A stretch of 36,841 bases of DNA, taken from Promethearchaeota archaeon. Its GTDB lineage: Archaea; Asgardarchaeota; Lokiarchaeia; Sigyniarchaeales; SOKP01. Positions 7,808 through 17,391 of this stretch are shown piece after piece. Under the pieces are notes generated by a model. That model had not been told where the DNA came from, ran no database searches, and was given only the letters and a program-made list of their open reading frames with translations. The first letter of the stretch is position 1. Each line of letters starts with the position of its first letter. The DNA is taken from positions 1 to 36,841 of the forward strand of contig JAHLWH010000107.1 in assembly GCA_019058015.1 (NCBI GenBank), read 5' to 3'. The position numbers were made by a program, and so were the translations under genes.

Positions 7808-7883
7808 AACCCAAGATTTAAATGATGAATATTCAAAAATTGTAGGAATATTCGGATCGGAGTGCAACTCCCTTCTCTTGGTT
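7808..7883 (+). ncRNA. Eukaryote-type SECIS element (cis-acting 3'UTR hairpin)
   Basis: Helix I CCAAGA(7811-16)/TCTTGG(7876-81). AUGA at 7822-25. Quartet UGAU/GGAU. Helix II GAATATTC(7827-34)/GAATATTC(7846-53). Apical loop AAAAATTGTAG. GA at 7855-56. Extra hairpin GGAGT-GCA-ACTCC (7859-71) in the internal loop. Confidence 0.8.
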
Positions 7884-8108
7884 ATTAAATTTTTTAAAAA
7901 AAAAGATTTCTTTCAAATAAGCAACACAAGTACAAAAATTAAGTAATATCATAATAGAAATATTTCATTTTTAGCTTTTTAATAATATTTAGATAAAATT
8001 TTATATCGTAAACTTTTATTCTATTTTAAAATCAGTGAAATTTGTAAAAAGCTTAAATAAATTATTAAAATTTATAATAATGGATAATTTTAAATAAGTG
8101 ATTTCCAA

Positions 8109-9125
8109 ATGGAAAATTCTAAAAATCAAGATAAGGATGACCCTGAAAAAATCTATTTTGAGGACATCGTTAATCTAAAGAAGAGTGGTGGGATAACGAT
8201 ACCTAAAAATATTCGAGATGAATTATTTCCTGAATCAATAGAGAATATTTTTTTCAAATTATATGTCCCTAAAGAAAAAGATAAAATAATTTTAGAAATT
8301 TTGCCTGAAGAAGAGGCCAAAAAGCTTTCTGAAGAATTAAAATTAAAGAAAAAAACTCAGCAAATACTAAAGCCGAAATCTAAAGAAGTTGGAGGACGGA
8401 AAAAAAAAGAAAAGGTTTTAGGCCCTCAACCTGACTTTGGTCGTTATTTCGTTTATAATTTTGAAGCTCAGCAAAAACTTAGACCAATATTAGAATCTGT
8501 ATTTTATAAATTTGCTGAGACTCCTATTAATTTTGATGATGCTATGGGACGAATTAAATATGGGTTGGTTTCTTATCTTGGTTCAAATAATATTGAAAAT
8601 GCAAGATTATATTTTTCGGTTATAAACTTCTTATGTGATGTGATTGAGAAATTCAACATACCGAATTTGATAGAGTGGATTAATGATAAGATTATTGATA
8701 ATATAAAAAGTAAATTTCTTTACGAACAATCGTTATTAAGTTTGATCTCAACGTCAAATAAAATGCAAAAATATGAGAAAAGCGAAATATTTGTGAATAA
8801 AATCTTAAATAATATTGACAGTTATTCAAAAAACGAGTTATATAATATTTTAAATTCATTTGAGAATTTAGTAAAAATAGTTTATAAAGATCGTTCCTAT
8901 CCACAAATATTTGAACTAATTAAAGAAAAGTTATTGATTTATCTAAAAGAAATTGAAGATGTTGATTATAAAATACAAATAATTGAGTTGTTAGAGAATC
9001 TTAAATTTATTGAAACTGCATATAATATTGCCAAGGAAATATCAATGAATTTACCTCCAGAGTCACATAGAGTAGAACTTCTGAGAGAAATTGTAAAAAG
9101 ATTACATAAAAAACCGATTGTTTAA
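8109..9125 (+). CDS. AbrB/MazE-like swapped-hairpin N-terminal domain fused to an alpha-helical (TPR-like) domain
   Basis: IVNLKKSGGITIPKNIRDEL...FFKLYV...KIILE, then a Lys-rich linker and a helical C-terminus. Confidence 0.6.
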   Translation: MENSKNQDKDDPEKIYFEDIVNLKKSGGITIPKNIRDELFPESIENIFFKLYVPKEKDKIILEILPEEEAKKLSEELKLKKKTQQILKPKSKEVGGRKKKEKVLGPQPDFGRYFVYNFEAQQKLRPILESVFYKFAETPINFDDAMGRIKYGLVSYLGSNNIENARLYFSVINFLCDVIEKFNIPNLIEWINDKIIDNIKSKFLYEQSLLSLISTSNKMQKYEKSEIFVNKILNNIDSYSKNELYNILNSFENLVKIVYKDRSYPQIFELIKEKLLIYLKEIEDVDYKIQIIELLENLKFIETAYNIAKEISMNLPPESHRVELLREIVKRLHKKPIV

Positions 9126-9149
9126 AATTTTTTATTGATATTTGGAATA

Positions 9150-10196
9150 TTAATTATTTTTTTTGCCTTTTTTCAAAGATTTTTTAATTCTTTGCTTTTC
9201 TTTTTCTCTTACTTCATGTTCTTTCTCTTTAAGTTCTTTTTCTTTTAATTCCAACTCTGATTGGGATAATTCTCTTTCTTTTTCAACTAATTCTTTTTTC
9301 TTTTCTAATAGTTCTTCCTTTACTTCTAAACTCTTTTCTTCTAATTGTTTTTCTTTTTCTACTACTTCTAATTCTTTTTCTTTTAATTCAAGTTCTTTTT
9401 CTTTTAATTCACGTTCTTTATCTGCAAGAATTTTTTCTTTTTGTTCTAATTCTTCATCTATTACTTTGTCCTTTAAAGCCTTCTCTTTATCCTCTAATTC
9501 TTTTTCCTTAAATTCTAGTTCTTCTTTTTTAATTTCAATTTCTCGTTCTTCCAATTCTTTTTCTTTTACGGCCAATTCTCTTTTTTCTATCTCTTTTTCT
9601 TCTAAATCTTTAATAGAGGTAAGAGATTTTAAGACATTATCGCATTTTTCCTTAAAATTATCATCTGCTTGTTTACAAGATTCTAAAATTACTTCTTCTA
9701 AATTAATGGGGCTATTTTTTCCAATAGATTTTAGTGCTTGAATAGCCTTGGTATGAACAAATTCTTGCTCATCAGAAAGTTTTTCAAGAATTAATTTAAT
9801 TAAATCTTTATCTTCGATTTTATATACCTTAGCAATGAAGTTTATTAATTGAAGCATTCCTTCCTTTACATTTGGATCTTCAGATTTTAATAATTCCTTA
9901 GCGAAGGGTAAAATAATTTCATATTCCATTTCACATATTGGTTTTAAGGCTAACACAAAAGCATATCTTAGAACGTCGTCTTTTATCGCTAAGTTTTTAA
10001 GCAACTTAGGGATTATTGTTCTTATAACAACAGCTCCTTTCTTTGCAATATGGGAAAGTTTTTTAATTAAAATCTCCAGACGATTAATATAATCCTCGTG
10101 TTCAAAGTTTAGATATTCATATATCGCTTCTACAGCACTTTGGAATTTTTCTTCTTCAATTAATTGGAGTATATTTTCAAATATTTCGTTAGACAT
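9150..10196 (-). CDS. HEAT-repeat protein with a long E/K-rich coiled-coil tail
   Basis: Repeats such as LLKSEDPNVKEGMLQLI and KLSDEQEFVHTKAIQAL. C-terminal about 150 aa consist of KEKELEE-like heptads. Confidence 0.8.
   Translation of the reverse strand: MSNEIFENILQLIEEEKFQSAVEAIYEYLNFEHEDYINRLEILIKKLSHIAKKGAVVIRTIIPKLLKNLAIKDDVLRYAFVLALKPICEMEYEIILPFAKELLKSEDPNVKEGMLQLINFIAKVYKIEDKDLIKLILEKLSDEQEFVHTKAIQALKSIGKNSPINLEEVILESCKQADDNFKEKCDNVLKSLTSIKDLEEKEIEKRELAVKEKELEEREIEIKKEELEFKEKELEDKEKALKDKVIDEELEQKEKILADKERELKEKELELKEKELEVVEKEKQLEEKSLEVKEELLEKKKELVEKERELSQSELELKEKELKEKEHEVREKEKQRIKKSLKKGKKNN
9175..9605 (-). repeat. Degenerate 21-nt/7-aa coding repeat (KEKELE[E/L])
   Basis: Recurring TTCTTTTTCTTTTAAT-like units on the + strand. 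Confidence 0.6.
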
Positions 10197-10266
10197 TTAT
10201 CACTATCTCCCTTATTTTAGTTAGATGAATTAAATTTATATATATTTTTTTCATTTTTTTTGTTTT

Positions 10267-11187
10267 TTAATTCTTTTTTTTATATAAATGGTTAAAAAAT
10301 TCAAATATATTTTGAACATTCTCATAGTTTATTTGCCGTTTTCCAGAAAATTCATGATTTATGTTTGTTTTTAGTTTTATATTTAATTTTATATCAATAT
10401 TGTTTGACTCATCAAAATAGATTTTTATTTCATCAGAAATATCGCTTATTGTATCAATATCTTTTAAAAATAACGACCTATTTTCATCGATATCTTCATT
10501 AAAATATTTATGCAAATCCGTTTGTTTCTTTTTAAATACTCTTAAAGAAATTAGAATTGAATTTTCTGGCGTTCTTTCAACTATTATGTGAGAATAATTT
10601 GTGGCTAAAAATAAAATAAGATTTTCCAGTAAATTTATAATAGATATTTCATCTCTTCTTAAATTACAGCAAACATATTGTTTTTTTAAATAAGATAGAT
10701 AAATTTTTTTAAAAAATTGGATAATTAAATAATTGTCCGTCAAAAAATATCTAAAATCATCTTTCATTTTTCTCTTGAAAGATTCTAACACATTTATAAC
10801 TTCTTCATATTTTCTGAATGATAAATTTTTAAAAAGAGATCGGTAATTTTTTGGGAAAAAAATTGCTAAGAAATCTAATAAATAGATATAAGAATCAACT
10901 GGTTTATATAATAGTCTTTTCTTTTCTTTATCTCGAGCGATAAGATTCACCAATTGTCTATAACAGAATTTGGGAACATCATCTAATTTCGCTCCTGATA
11001 TTATTCGCAATTTTAATAAAAATCTTCTTGAACATAAGGGGGTTAAAGTACATTGAATTCTATCTCGTTGGCATCTAATGCATAATGCATCTATATCTTT
11101 AGCAACATTTTTTAAGAGTTCTGTATTTTGTTTTTTAAATCCATGTTTTAAAAGGAAATCAATGATTGCGCGGGGATCAGTATTCAT
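10267..11187 (-). CDS. Hypothetical protein with an N-terminal Cys cluster (CxxC-x6-C-x5-C)
   Basis: CIRCQRDRIQCTLTPLC; otherwise no recognised family. Confidence 0.7.
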   Translation of the reverse strand: MNTDPRAIIDFLLKHGFKKQNTELLKNVAKDIDALCIRCQRDRIQCTLTPLCSRRFLLKLRIISGAKLDDVPKFCYRQLVNLIARDKEKKRLLYKPVDSYIYLLDFLAIFFPKNYRSLFKNLSFRKYEEVINVLESFKRKMKDDFRYFLTDNYLIIQFFKKIYLSYLKKQYVCCNLRRDEISIINLLENLILFLATNYSHIIVERTPENSILISLRVFKKKQTDLHKYFNEDIDENRSLFLKDIDTISDISDEIKIYFDESNNIDIKLNIKLKTNINHEFSGKRQINYENVQNIFEFFNHLYKKKN

Positions 11188-11344
11188 CTTATTTTTTTAA
11201 GCCAGAATATTTCTAATCAATTTATTAAGTTATAGTAAAAATCTAATATATTTAATTTTGATTTTTCTGAAATAAGGAACACTTATAAGAGTTATTTTTT
11301 ATTATTGATAATATAAAAAAGCTGTCAATAGATGATTTTGAGAA

Positions 11345-12769
11345 TTGCTACGGCAAATTTATATTATTTATGATAAAAAAATAATTTTTAGTTATTCTTA
11401 TGCATTAGCTTTTAATAATGAGCAATTTAAAAATGTTCAAGACCTATTAAATGAATTTATTGATTTACCAATACCAAATCAGTTTTTTCATCGCCCTTTT
11501 GGAAATTATCAATTGTTTTACATTACAAGAAATAAAATTTTCTATTTAATTATTGCCGATCTTGTTGATAAAAGAGACTATATTAATGAAATTTTAAATA
11601 AAATTACTAAAAGATTTCAAAATTTATTTCCCAATTCTTTAGAGATTAAAGAAAAAAATAAAGAAAAAAATGAATTTATTGAGTTTTTGAAAGATATTCA
11701 TTATGAACTTCATTCAAAGATCGCACTAATAGGACCTTATGGTTCAGGAAAAACAACAATTGCAAATCTTTTAAAATTAAATTTGGAACCAAAAATATTT
11801 ATGAATTTTGCAAAATCTTATAAAATAAGTATTGAAAACTTATATTTTGATTTATGGGACTTCCAATTGGAAGACAATTTTTCACCATTATGGAATAAAT
11901 TTTTAAGTGGTAGTGATTTAATTTTGCTGGTTTTTGACTCTACAAATCATAAAACCAAAACATTGACACATTTTATTAATCTTCAAAAAACCGATGCAAA
12001 ATTTTCAAAACTTATAATATTTGCAAATAAACAAGATTTATCGGAAGCGATAGAAGCTAAACAAATAGAAAAGGAATTTAATTTTCCAGTATTTGGTATT
12101 TCACTTAAAGACTTTGAAATTAAGAATAAATTAATAAAAATTATCTCAAATGAATTAAAGATAAAAAAAGAATTTCCATCAGAATTTGATGATTTATTAA
12201 AAAAAGCAGAAAATGAAGTTATTAATAAAAATTATTCGGAAGCGATTAAACATTTTAATTATTTAAAAAATATTTGCAAAAAGTTTCAAGAATTTATACA
12301 TTTATCTTCTATCGAGCAAAAAATTAGTGAAATCGAAAAATTAATCGAAAAAGAAAAAAAAGAAAAAGAAGTAGAGAAATTTAAGGTTAAAGCTCCTGAA
12401 AAAATTTCATTTTCTCAAAAAGTTTCGGTAAAACCTCTTCCTCCTCAAGATAAAACAACTAAAATAATAACTTCAGAAGAAAAGCCAATTAAAGAAATTG
12501 AAAAAAAGACAAGAAAACAGTTTTTAAAACCACAAGATATTAAGGTTAATCTGGATGCGGTTAAAGAAGATTCAATTATAAAAACTTCATTTGATACGTT
12601 AGAGAGTGAACTATTTTATTTAATAAAAGAAAAACAAGGAATCATAAGTTTAAAATTATGTAAAACTTATGTTGATAGACTACAGAATAAATTGGAACGA
12701 CCATTAACTTCAGTTGATCTTCATAAAGCCGCAGAAATATATTTAAAGAAAAAAAAAATCATCCATTAA
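11345..12769 (+). CDS. Longin-like domain + Arf/Ras-like small GTPase + helical (TPR/MIT-like) fusion
   Basis: N-terminal LRQIYII...IFYLIIAD (longin/sigma-adaptin-like), G1 GPYGSGKTT, G3 WDFQ, G4 NKQD, G5 ISLK. Confidence 0.88.
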   Translation: MLRQIYIIYDKKIIFSYSYALAFNNEQFKNVQDLLNEFIDLPIPNQFFHRPFGNYQLFYITRNKIFYLIIADLVDKRDYINEILNKITKRFQNLFPNSLEIKEKNKEKNEFIEFLKDIHYELHSKIALIGPYGSGKTTIANLLKLNLEPKIFMNFAKSYKISIENLYFDLWDFQLEDNFSPLWNKFLSGSDLILLVFDSTNHKTKTLTHFINLQKTDAKFSKLIIFANKQDLSEAIEAKQIEKEFNFPVFGISLKDFEIKNKLIKIISNELKIKKEFPSEFDDLLKKAENEVINKNYSEAIKHFNYLKNICKKFQEFIHLSSIEQKISEIEKLIEKEKKEKEVEKFKVKAPEKISFSQKVSVKPLPPQDKTTKIITSEEKPIKEIEKKTRKQFLKPQDIKVNLDAVKEDSIIKTSFDTLESELFYLIKEKQGIISLKLCKTYVDRLQNKLERPLTSVDLHKAAEIYLKKKKIIH

Positions 12770-14271
12770 TGCATAAATTGTTCAGTACAAAAATTTATTA
12801 TTTCCATAAATAAAGAATTGTTGAAAAAATAGAAGGTACATAAAAAAATAGAAAGAATAAAAGTTAATATTTGAGGAAAGTAATCTAATTTAGTTATTGG
12901 TCTTATATTCTTATTTTTTAAATATTTTGGAGTTCCAATGAATATATCATTAAATGTGATGGAAACCCAAATTAATATAATTATGAAATAAATAATTAAT
13001 AGTGCCCAAATTGTATAACCAATAAATGAAATATGCGGTAAATCGATTAGTGATTCTGTAAAAATATTTGAGATTAAATTTATTAAGATATTTCCCAGAG
13101 CAAACGGAATTGTTAGTAAAATACCCCCAATTAAATAAAAGATTCCAAAAATCTTATATTTTTTCCAAAATCCACCTAAAATTTTAATATTATCATCCAA
13201 AGTCTCAAGCATTACGGGTTTTAAACTGTAAAATAATAATATTTTTACTAAAATCATACAAAAAATAAATAAAAAAACAAAACTTCCATATTCAATTTTT
13301 ATTAATTCAGTTGGTAAAAATCCGATAAAAGCTGAAATTAATAAAATCATATTGAAATCAGAATTTGAAGACAATCCTAAAATCTTTTTAATTGAAAAGG
13401 ATCTTCCATCAATTGCAGTAAAGGTCTCAGTTAATGAGTAAGTAATTGATATAATTAACCCAACAACTGCAATGATTAAAATTATAAGTGAATTTATTAC
13501 TAAATCATAAGTGAAGGTTAAAAGGAATTTAAATAGAATAAAATTAATTATTGGGAATGTTAAATTGGTAATTGTAAATAAAGTTGTATATGTTGAATCG
13601 TGATAATAAACCTTAAGATGATATATAGAAAAGGGAATAATTCCACATGGGATACCAAATCCAAATAAAAATAATAAGGAGATTATTAGATTTAAGGCAG
13701 GATTTAACTCAGAATTTCTAATTTCAGTTAATATGAAAGAATTAAATTCAAAATAAATTAACAATAGTCCGAGAATTAGAAAAATGATACTTAAAATTAT
13801 TGAAATGAAGAAAAGTCTTAATAGTTTAAATGGTTTTGAATATATTCCAAAATAGAAAATTAATCCCAGAGAGATATAAACAATTATAACAAAAATTACA
13901 GTTATTAAAATATTTGAAGTAAGCGATGCTCCAACCAGACTAAATATGATTAGAATTATTAAGAAATCATATAAATTTTCATTTATAATGCCTGTCATTT
14001 CATCTTTTGAAAAATATAATATGATGCAACTCAAAACAAATATAATTTCCCATAATAGAAATGTTCCAACATTTAAATTAAGGTTAAAATCATAATATTG
14101 TAAATCAAATAATGAAAAAATAATAATATTTAATGTATTAACAAATAAAATTATTAAATTTAAAATAATCAAAATATTCTTCCTATAAATTGATTTGGAG
14201 CAAGAAATTGACCAAAATAATCCAATTGAAAGACAATAAAGCGGAATAAAAGCAAGTAGAATGCCAATCAT
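12766..14271 (-). CDS. MrpD/NuoN-like proton-antiporter-family membrane subunit (divergent)
   Basis: About 14 TM helices; GFGIPCGIIPF, SIKKILGLSSNSDFNMILL and ILGGFWKKY match the Proton_antipo_M layout. Confidence 0.75.
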   Translation of the reverse strand: MIGILLAFIPLYCLSIGLFWSISCSKSIYRKNILIILNLIILFVNTLNIIIFSLFDLQYYDFNLNLNVGTFLLWEIIFVLSCIILYFSKDEMTGIINENLYDFLIILIIFSLVGASLTSNILITVIFVIIVYISLGLIFYFGIYSKPFKLLRLFFISIILSIIFLILGLLLIYFEFNSFILTEIRNSELNPALNLIISLLFLFGFGIPCGIIPFSIYHLKVYYHDSTYTTLFTITNLTFPIINFILFKFLLTFTYDLVINSLIILIIAVVGLIISITYSLTETFTAIDGRSFSIKKILGLSSNSDFNMILLISAFIGFLPTELIKIEYGSFVFLFIFCMILVKILLFYSLKPVMLETLDDNIKILGGFWKKYKIFGIFYLIGGILLTIPFALGNILINLISNIFTESLIDLPHISFIGYTIWALLIIYFIIILIWVSITFNDIFIGTPKYLKNKNIRPITKLDYFPQILTFILSIFLCTFYFFNNSLFMEIINFCTEQFMH

Positions 14272-14286
14272 TATTTTCTCAAAAAT

Positions 14287-14619
14287 TTAATTTTTTTCTT
14301 GTTTTTCTACAATTGTTGAATCGATTTTTAAATCTTTCCAGATTTCCGATTTTGTTTCTGAAAATAAGAACTTCCCTTTAATATAAAATAGCCTAGGAAT
14401 GAAACAAAAGAATACTATATATATAATTAGAATAATAATACATACAAAAAATAATAATTGAATTGTCGTATTTTCTATAAAGATCTCGATTCCTATGGAC
14501 CCTATTAAAATAATAAGAGAGGTAATGATACTTTTATCTTCCTTCTTTGAAATTTTATAGGATATTATAATTATAATTAATAACACAATTCCAAAAATTG
14601 ATAAAAGTATAACAAACAA
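14287..14619 (-). CDS. Small 3-TM membrane protein, probably co-transcribed with the antiporter-like subunit
   Basis: Three hydrophobic segments; 15 nt upstream of the 501-aa gene. Confidence 0.65.
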   Translation of the reverse strand: MFVILLSIFGIVLLIIIIISYKISKKEDKSIITSLIILIGSIGIEIFIENTTIQLLFFVCIIILIIYIVFFCFIPRLFYIKGKFLFSETKSEIWKDLKIDSTIVEKQEKN

Positions 14620-14775
14620 ATCCGAAAATTCTGCAATATATTTTATAGAATATCACTAATTTATGGTATTTCTATTTAATTCTATATTAACAATTGTTTA
14701 ATAAAAATTTTTTTTAAACCTTTATTTAACTTAAATTAAAACATTTAAAATTATTATATATTAAAGGGAAAAATT

Positions 14776-16101
14776 ATGCCGAAAGTAATTATAATTGGTC
14801 ATGGAGCTCGTGAACATACAATTGCTGAAGCTTTAGTAAAAGGTGGTGCTGAATTATATGCTTTTATGAGTTTCAGAAATGCAGGTTTAGATGAATTGAG
14901 TGAAGGGCGTGTTAAAATAGAGAAGGAAGATAATTTCAAGGAATTAATAGATTTCATCAAGCAAAATGGTATTAATTTTGCTGTAGTTGGACCAGAGGCT
15001 CCGTTAGTTGTAGGAATTGCAGATGCATTAGAAAAAGCTCAAATTCCATGCATAGGTCCAAAAATTGAAGCAGCGAATCTGGAAGGTTCAAAAATATTTG
15101 CAAGACAATTACTAGATAAAAATAATATTAAATCAAATATAATGTATGAAATTTTCGTTTCTATGGATGGGGTGGAAGAATTTATCAAGGAACTCGGTGT
15201 TGAGAACGTGGTTGTTAAACCAGATGGATTAACAGGTGGTAAGGGTGTAAAGGTTTATGGAGATCATCTTTTTTCAAAGCAAGAAATAATTGATTACTGT
15301 CAAAAATTAGTTAAGAATGGAATGTATTTCATTATAGAAGAAAAATTGAATGGAGAAGAATTTACATTACAAACTTTTGTTGATGGCAATAAAGTTGTTG
15401 GGTCTCCATTGGTTCAGGACCATAAAAGAGCATATAATGACGATAAAGGACCTAACACGGGTGGAATGGGTTCTTATTCTATTGAGGACCATTCATTGCC
15501 ATTTATTGATGTGTTTGATATAAATGAAGCAATTTCAGAAATGAACAAAGTCGTTATTGCTGTAAAGAAAGAGACTGGAACAGAATACAAGGGCTTTTTA
15601 TATGGTCAATTTATGAAAGTTAAAAAGGGAATAAAATTAGTAGAATTTAATGTTAGATTGGGAGATCCAGAAGCAATGAATGTGCTTCCAATTTTAACAG
15701 ATAATTTTGTTGATTTGTGTTATAAAATTTTAGATGGAAATTTACCTATGAAACTTAATTTTGAAAAAAAAGCGACTGTATGTAAATATTTAGCCCCAGA
15801 AGGTTATCCCGTGAATCCTTTGGGAGACCAGAGAATTATTATTCATAAAGAGAAAATTGAAGAGATTGGGGCAAAGTTTTATTATGCTTCTGTTTATAAA
15901 AAAGATAATTCAATTTATACCACTACTTCGAGAGCGATTGGAATGTTAGGGATTTCCGATACACTTGAAGAAGCAGAAAAAATTGCTGAAAAAGGAGTAA
16001 GTTTTATAGAAGGAAAATTATTTCATAGAAGTGACGTTGGGACTAAAAAGATTTTGCAAAAAAGAATTGATCATATGAAATTAGTTCAAAATCAGCAGTA
16101 A
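14776..16101 (+). CDS. purD: Phosphoribosylamine--glycine ligase
   Basis: IGHGAREH, VVGPEAPL, LEGSK, VVKPDGLTGGKGV, QDHKR...GPNTGGMGSY, EFNVRLGDPE. Confidence 0.98.
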   Translation: MPKVIIIGHGAREHTIAEALVKGGAELYAFMSFRNAGLDELSEGRVKIEKEDNFKELIDFIKQNGINFAVVGPEAPLVVGIADALEKAQIPCIGPKIEAANLEGSKIFARQLLDKNNIKSNIMYEIFVSMDGVEEFIKELGVENVVVKPDGLTGGKGVKVYGDHLFSKQEIIDYCQKLVKNGMYFIIEEKLNGEEFTLQTFVDGNKVVGSPLVQDHKRAYNDDKGPNTGGMGSYSIEDHSLPFIDVFDINEAISEMNKVVIAVKKETGTEYKGFLYGQFMKVKKGIKLVEFNVRLGDPEAMNVLPILTDNFVDLCYKILDGNLPMKLNFEKKATVCKYLAPEGYPVNPLGDQRIIIHKEKIEEIGAKFYYASVYKKDNSIYTTTSRAIGMLGISDTLEEAEKIAEKGVSFIEGKLFHRSDVGTKKILQKRIDHMKLVQNQQ

Positions 16102-16120
16102 TTACAAAATAGAGATTAAA

Positions 16121-16474
16121 ATGAATAAAAAAGAAGAAGAGATAATCGGAATTATTGTTAATGTTAGCGAAAGTCAATTATATAGTGATTTCAAGAGATC
16201 TCCAAAATCTGGTTATCATCATATTATGCTTCAACAGAAAAATGGAGTAAGGATTAAAGTATATTTATCCGATCTAGCAATGGGGATACAAGATTTCAAA
16301 AAATCCGTTATTTATTTTATAAATAAAAATACAGGGGAAATGGTAAAAACAGGAATCGTTAATCTTAGACGGATTATTAGCTCTAAAGTTAGTGTGAAAG
16401 GTATGATTGACAAATCTCAAGAGCCATATTATATGAATCGAGTTTCTGAATTCGTTTTACTTGATAGAGATTAA
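16121..16474 (+). CDS. Small hypothetical protein, possibly OB-fold
   Basis: Beta-rich pattern (IIGIIVNV...HIML...IKVYL...KVSVKG); follows purD by 19 nt. Confidence 0.65.
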   Translation: MNKKEEEIIGIIVNVSESQLYSDFKRSPKSGYHHIMLQQKNGVRIKVYLSDLAMGIQDFKKSVIYFINKNTGEMVKTGIVNLRRIISSKVSVKGMIDKSQEPYYMNRVSEFVLLDRD

Positions 16475-16540
16475 AAATTTTTATTGAAATATCAATTTAA
16501 TGGTTTTGAAAATATCTTACCTAATGGTTTAAAATTATGA

Positions 16541-17140
16541 TTATTTTTTGCCATTACTTTGAGAAATAAATTTTTTATAATATTTTCTCCCTTCCCTGAG
16601 ATAAAATATTTTCTTAATATCTTTAATGCTCGTAGAAAACCAGAAAATAAAAAAGATTAAACCAAATATAATAAATATTGATGATGACAAGAGAGTGATA
16701 AAAAAATAAAAAATGAGAGAGATTGATATTAAAAAACTTATCATGAACAACACCAGGCGTAACATAGTTCTCTTCATAAATGATTGATCATTCAAACTTA
16801 AGTGACAATCACAGCAAATTGGAGGCACTTTCACATTAAATTTTGCTTCATAGTAAAGGCTTTGAACAATTGTTAGGAGTCTATGAATTCTATTACCACA
16901 TAATACACATTTAATTCTTTCTTTCTGTCGATCTCTTTCAATTAAATCAATCTCTCTTTTTGGAAAATAACAATTATTATTATAATAATGTTCACAAGCC
17001 TTACAAGTTAATATCTTCTCAAGTTGCTTTTCTTCATATATAGTTTTATTTGAAATTTTAAAAAATTGATAATATGTATGATTTTTACACATTGTTCTAC
17101 CTTTATTATCAATCTCAAAGGACGGTTCTATAAACTTCAT
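16541..17140 (-). CDS. Cys-rich (zinc-binding) protein with two C-terminal TM helices
   Basis: CKNH, CKAC...C, CVLC, CCDC motifs, followed by two hydrophobic helices. Confidence 0.8.
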   Translation of the reverse strand: MKFIEPSFEIDNKGRTMCKNHTYYQFFKISNKTIYEEKQLEKILTCKACEHYYNNNCYFPKREIDLIERDRQKERIKCVLCGNRIHRLLTIVQSLYYEAKFNVKVPPICCDCHLSLNDQSFMKRTMLRLVLFMISFLISISLIFYFFITLLSSSIFIIFGLIFFIFWFSTSIKDIKKIFYLREGRKYYKKFISQSNGKK

Positions 17141-17391
17141 TAAATGTCAAACAAATTCTAAATGTTCTTCTAAAAAAGAAATATTTTATACTTATTTATT
17201 TTTTTCCTTTTAATTATATTGTGAGAATTTAAATGAATTTATGAAATGTATTTATTTCCTTTAATATTTTTTATGAAAGATGAATTTTATATCAGATTTT
17301 CTAAGATTTAAATGAGTTAAGATTATTTTTTTGAAAAAGATTTATCAAAATTTTTATATAGTCATATTTTTATCTTGTTTTTGTCTGACTT

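Noticed and set aside
9163-9741. 192-aa Ser/Phe-rich + strand ORF
   Set aside because: Antisense shadow of the E/K repeat of the HEAT/coiled-coil gene.
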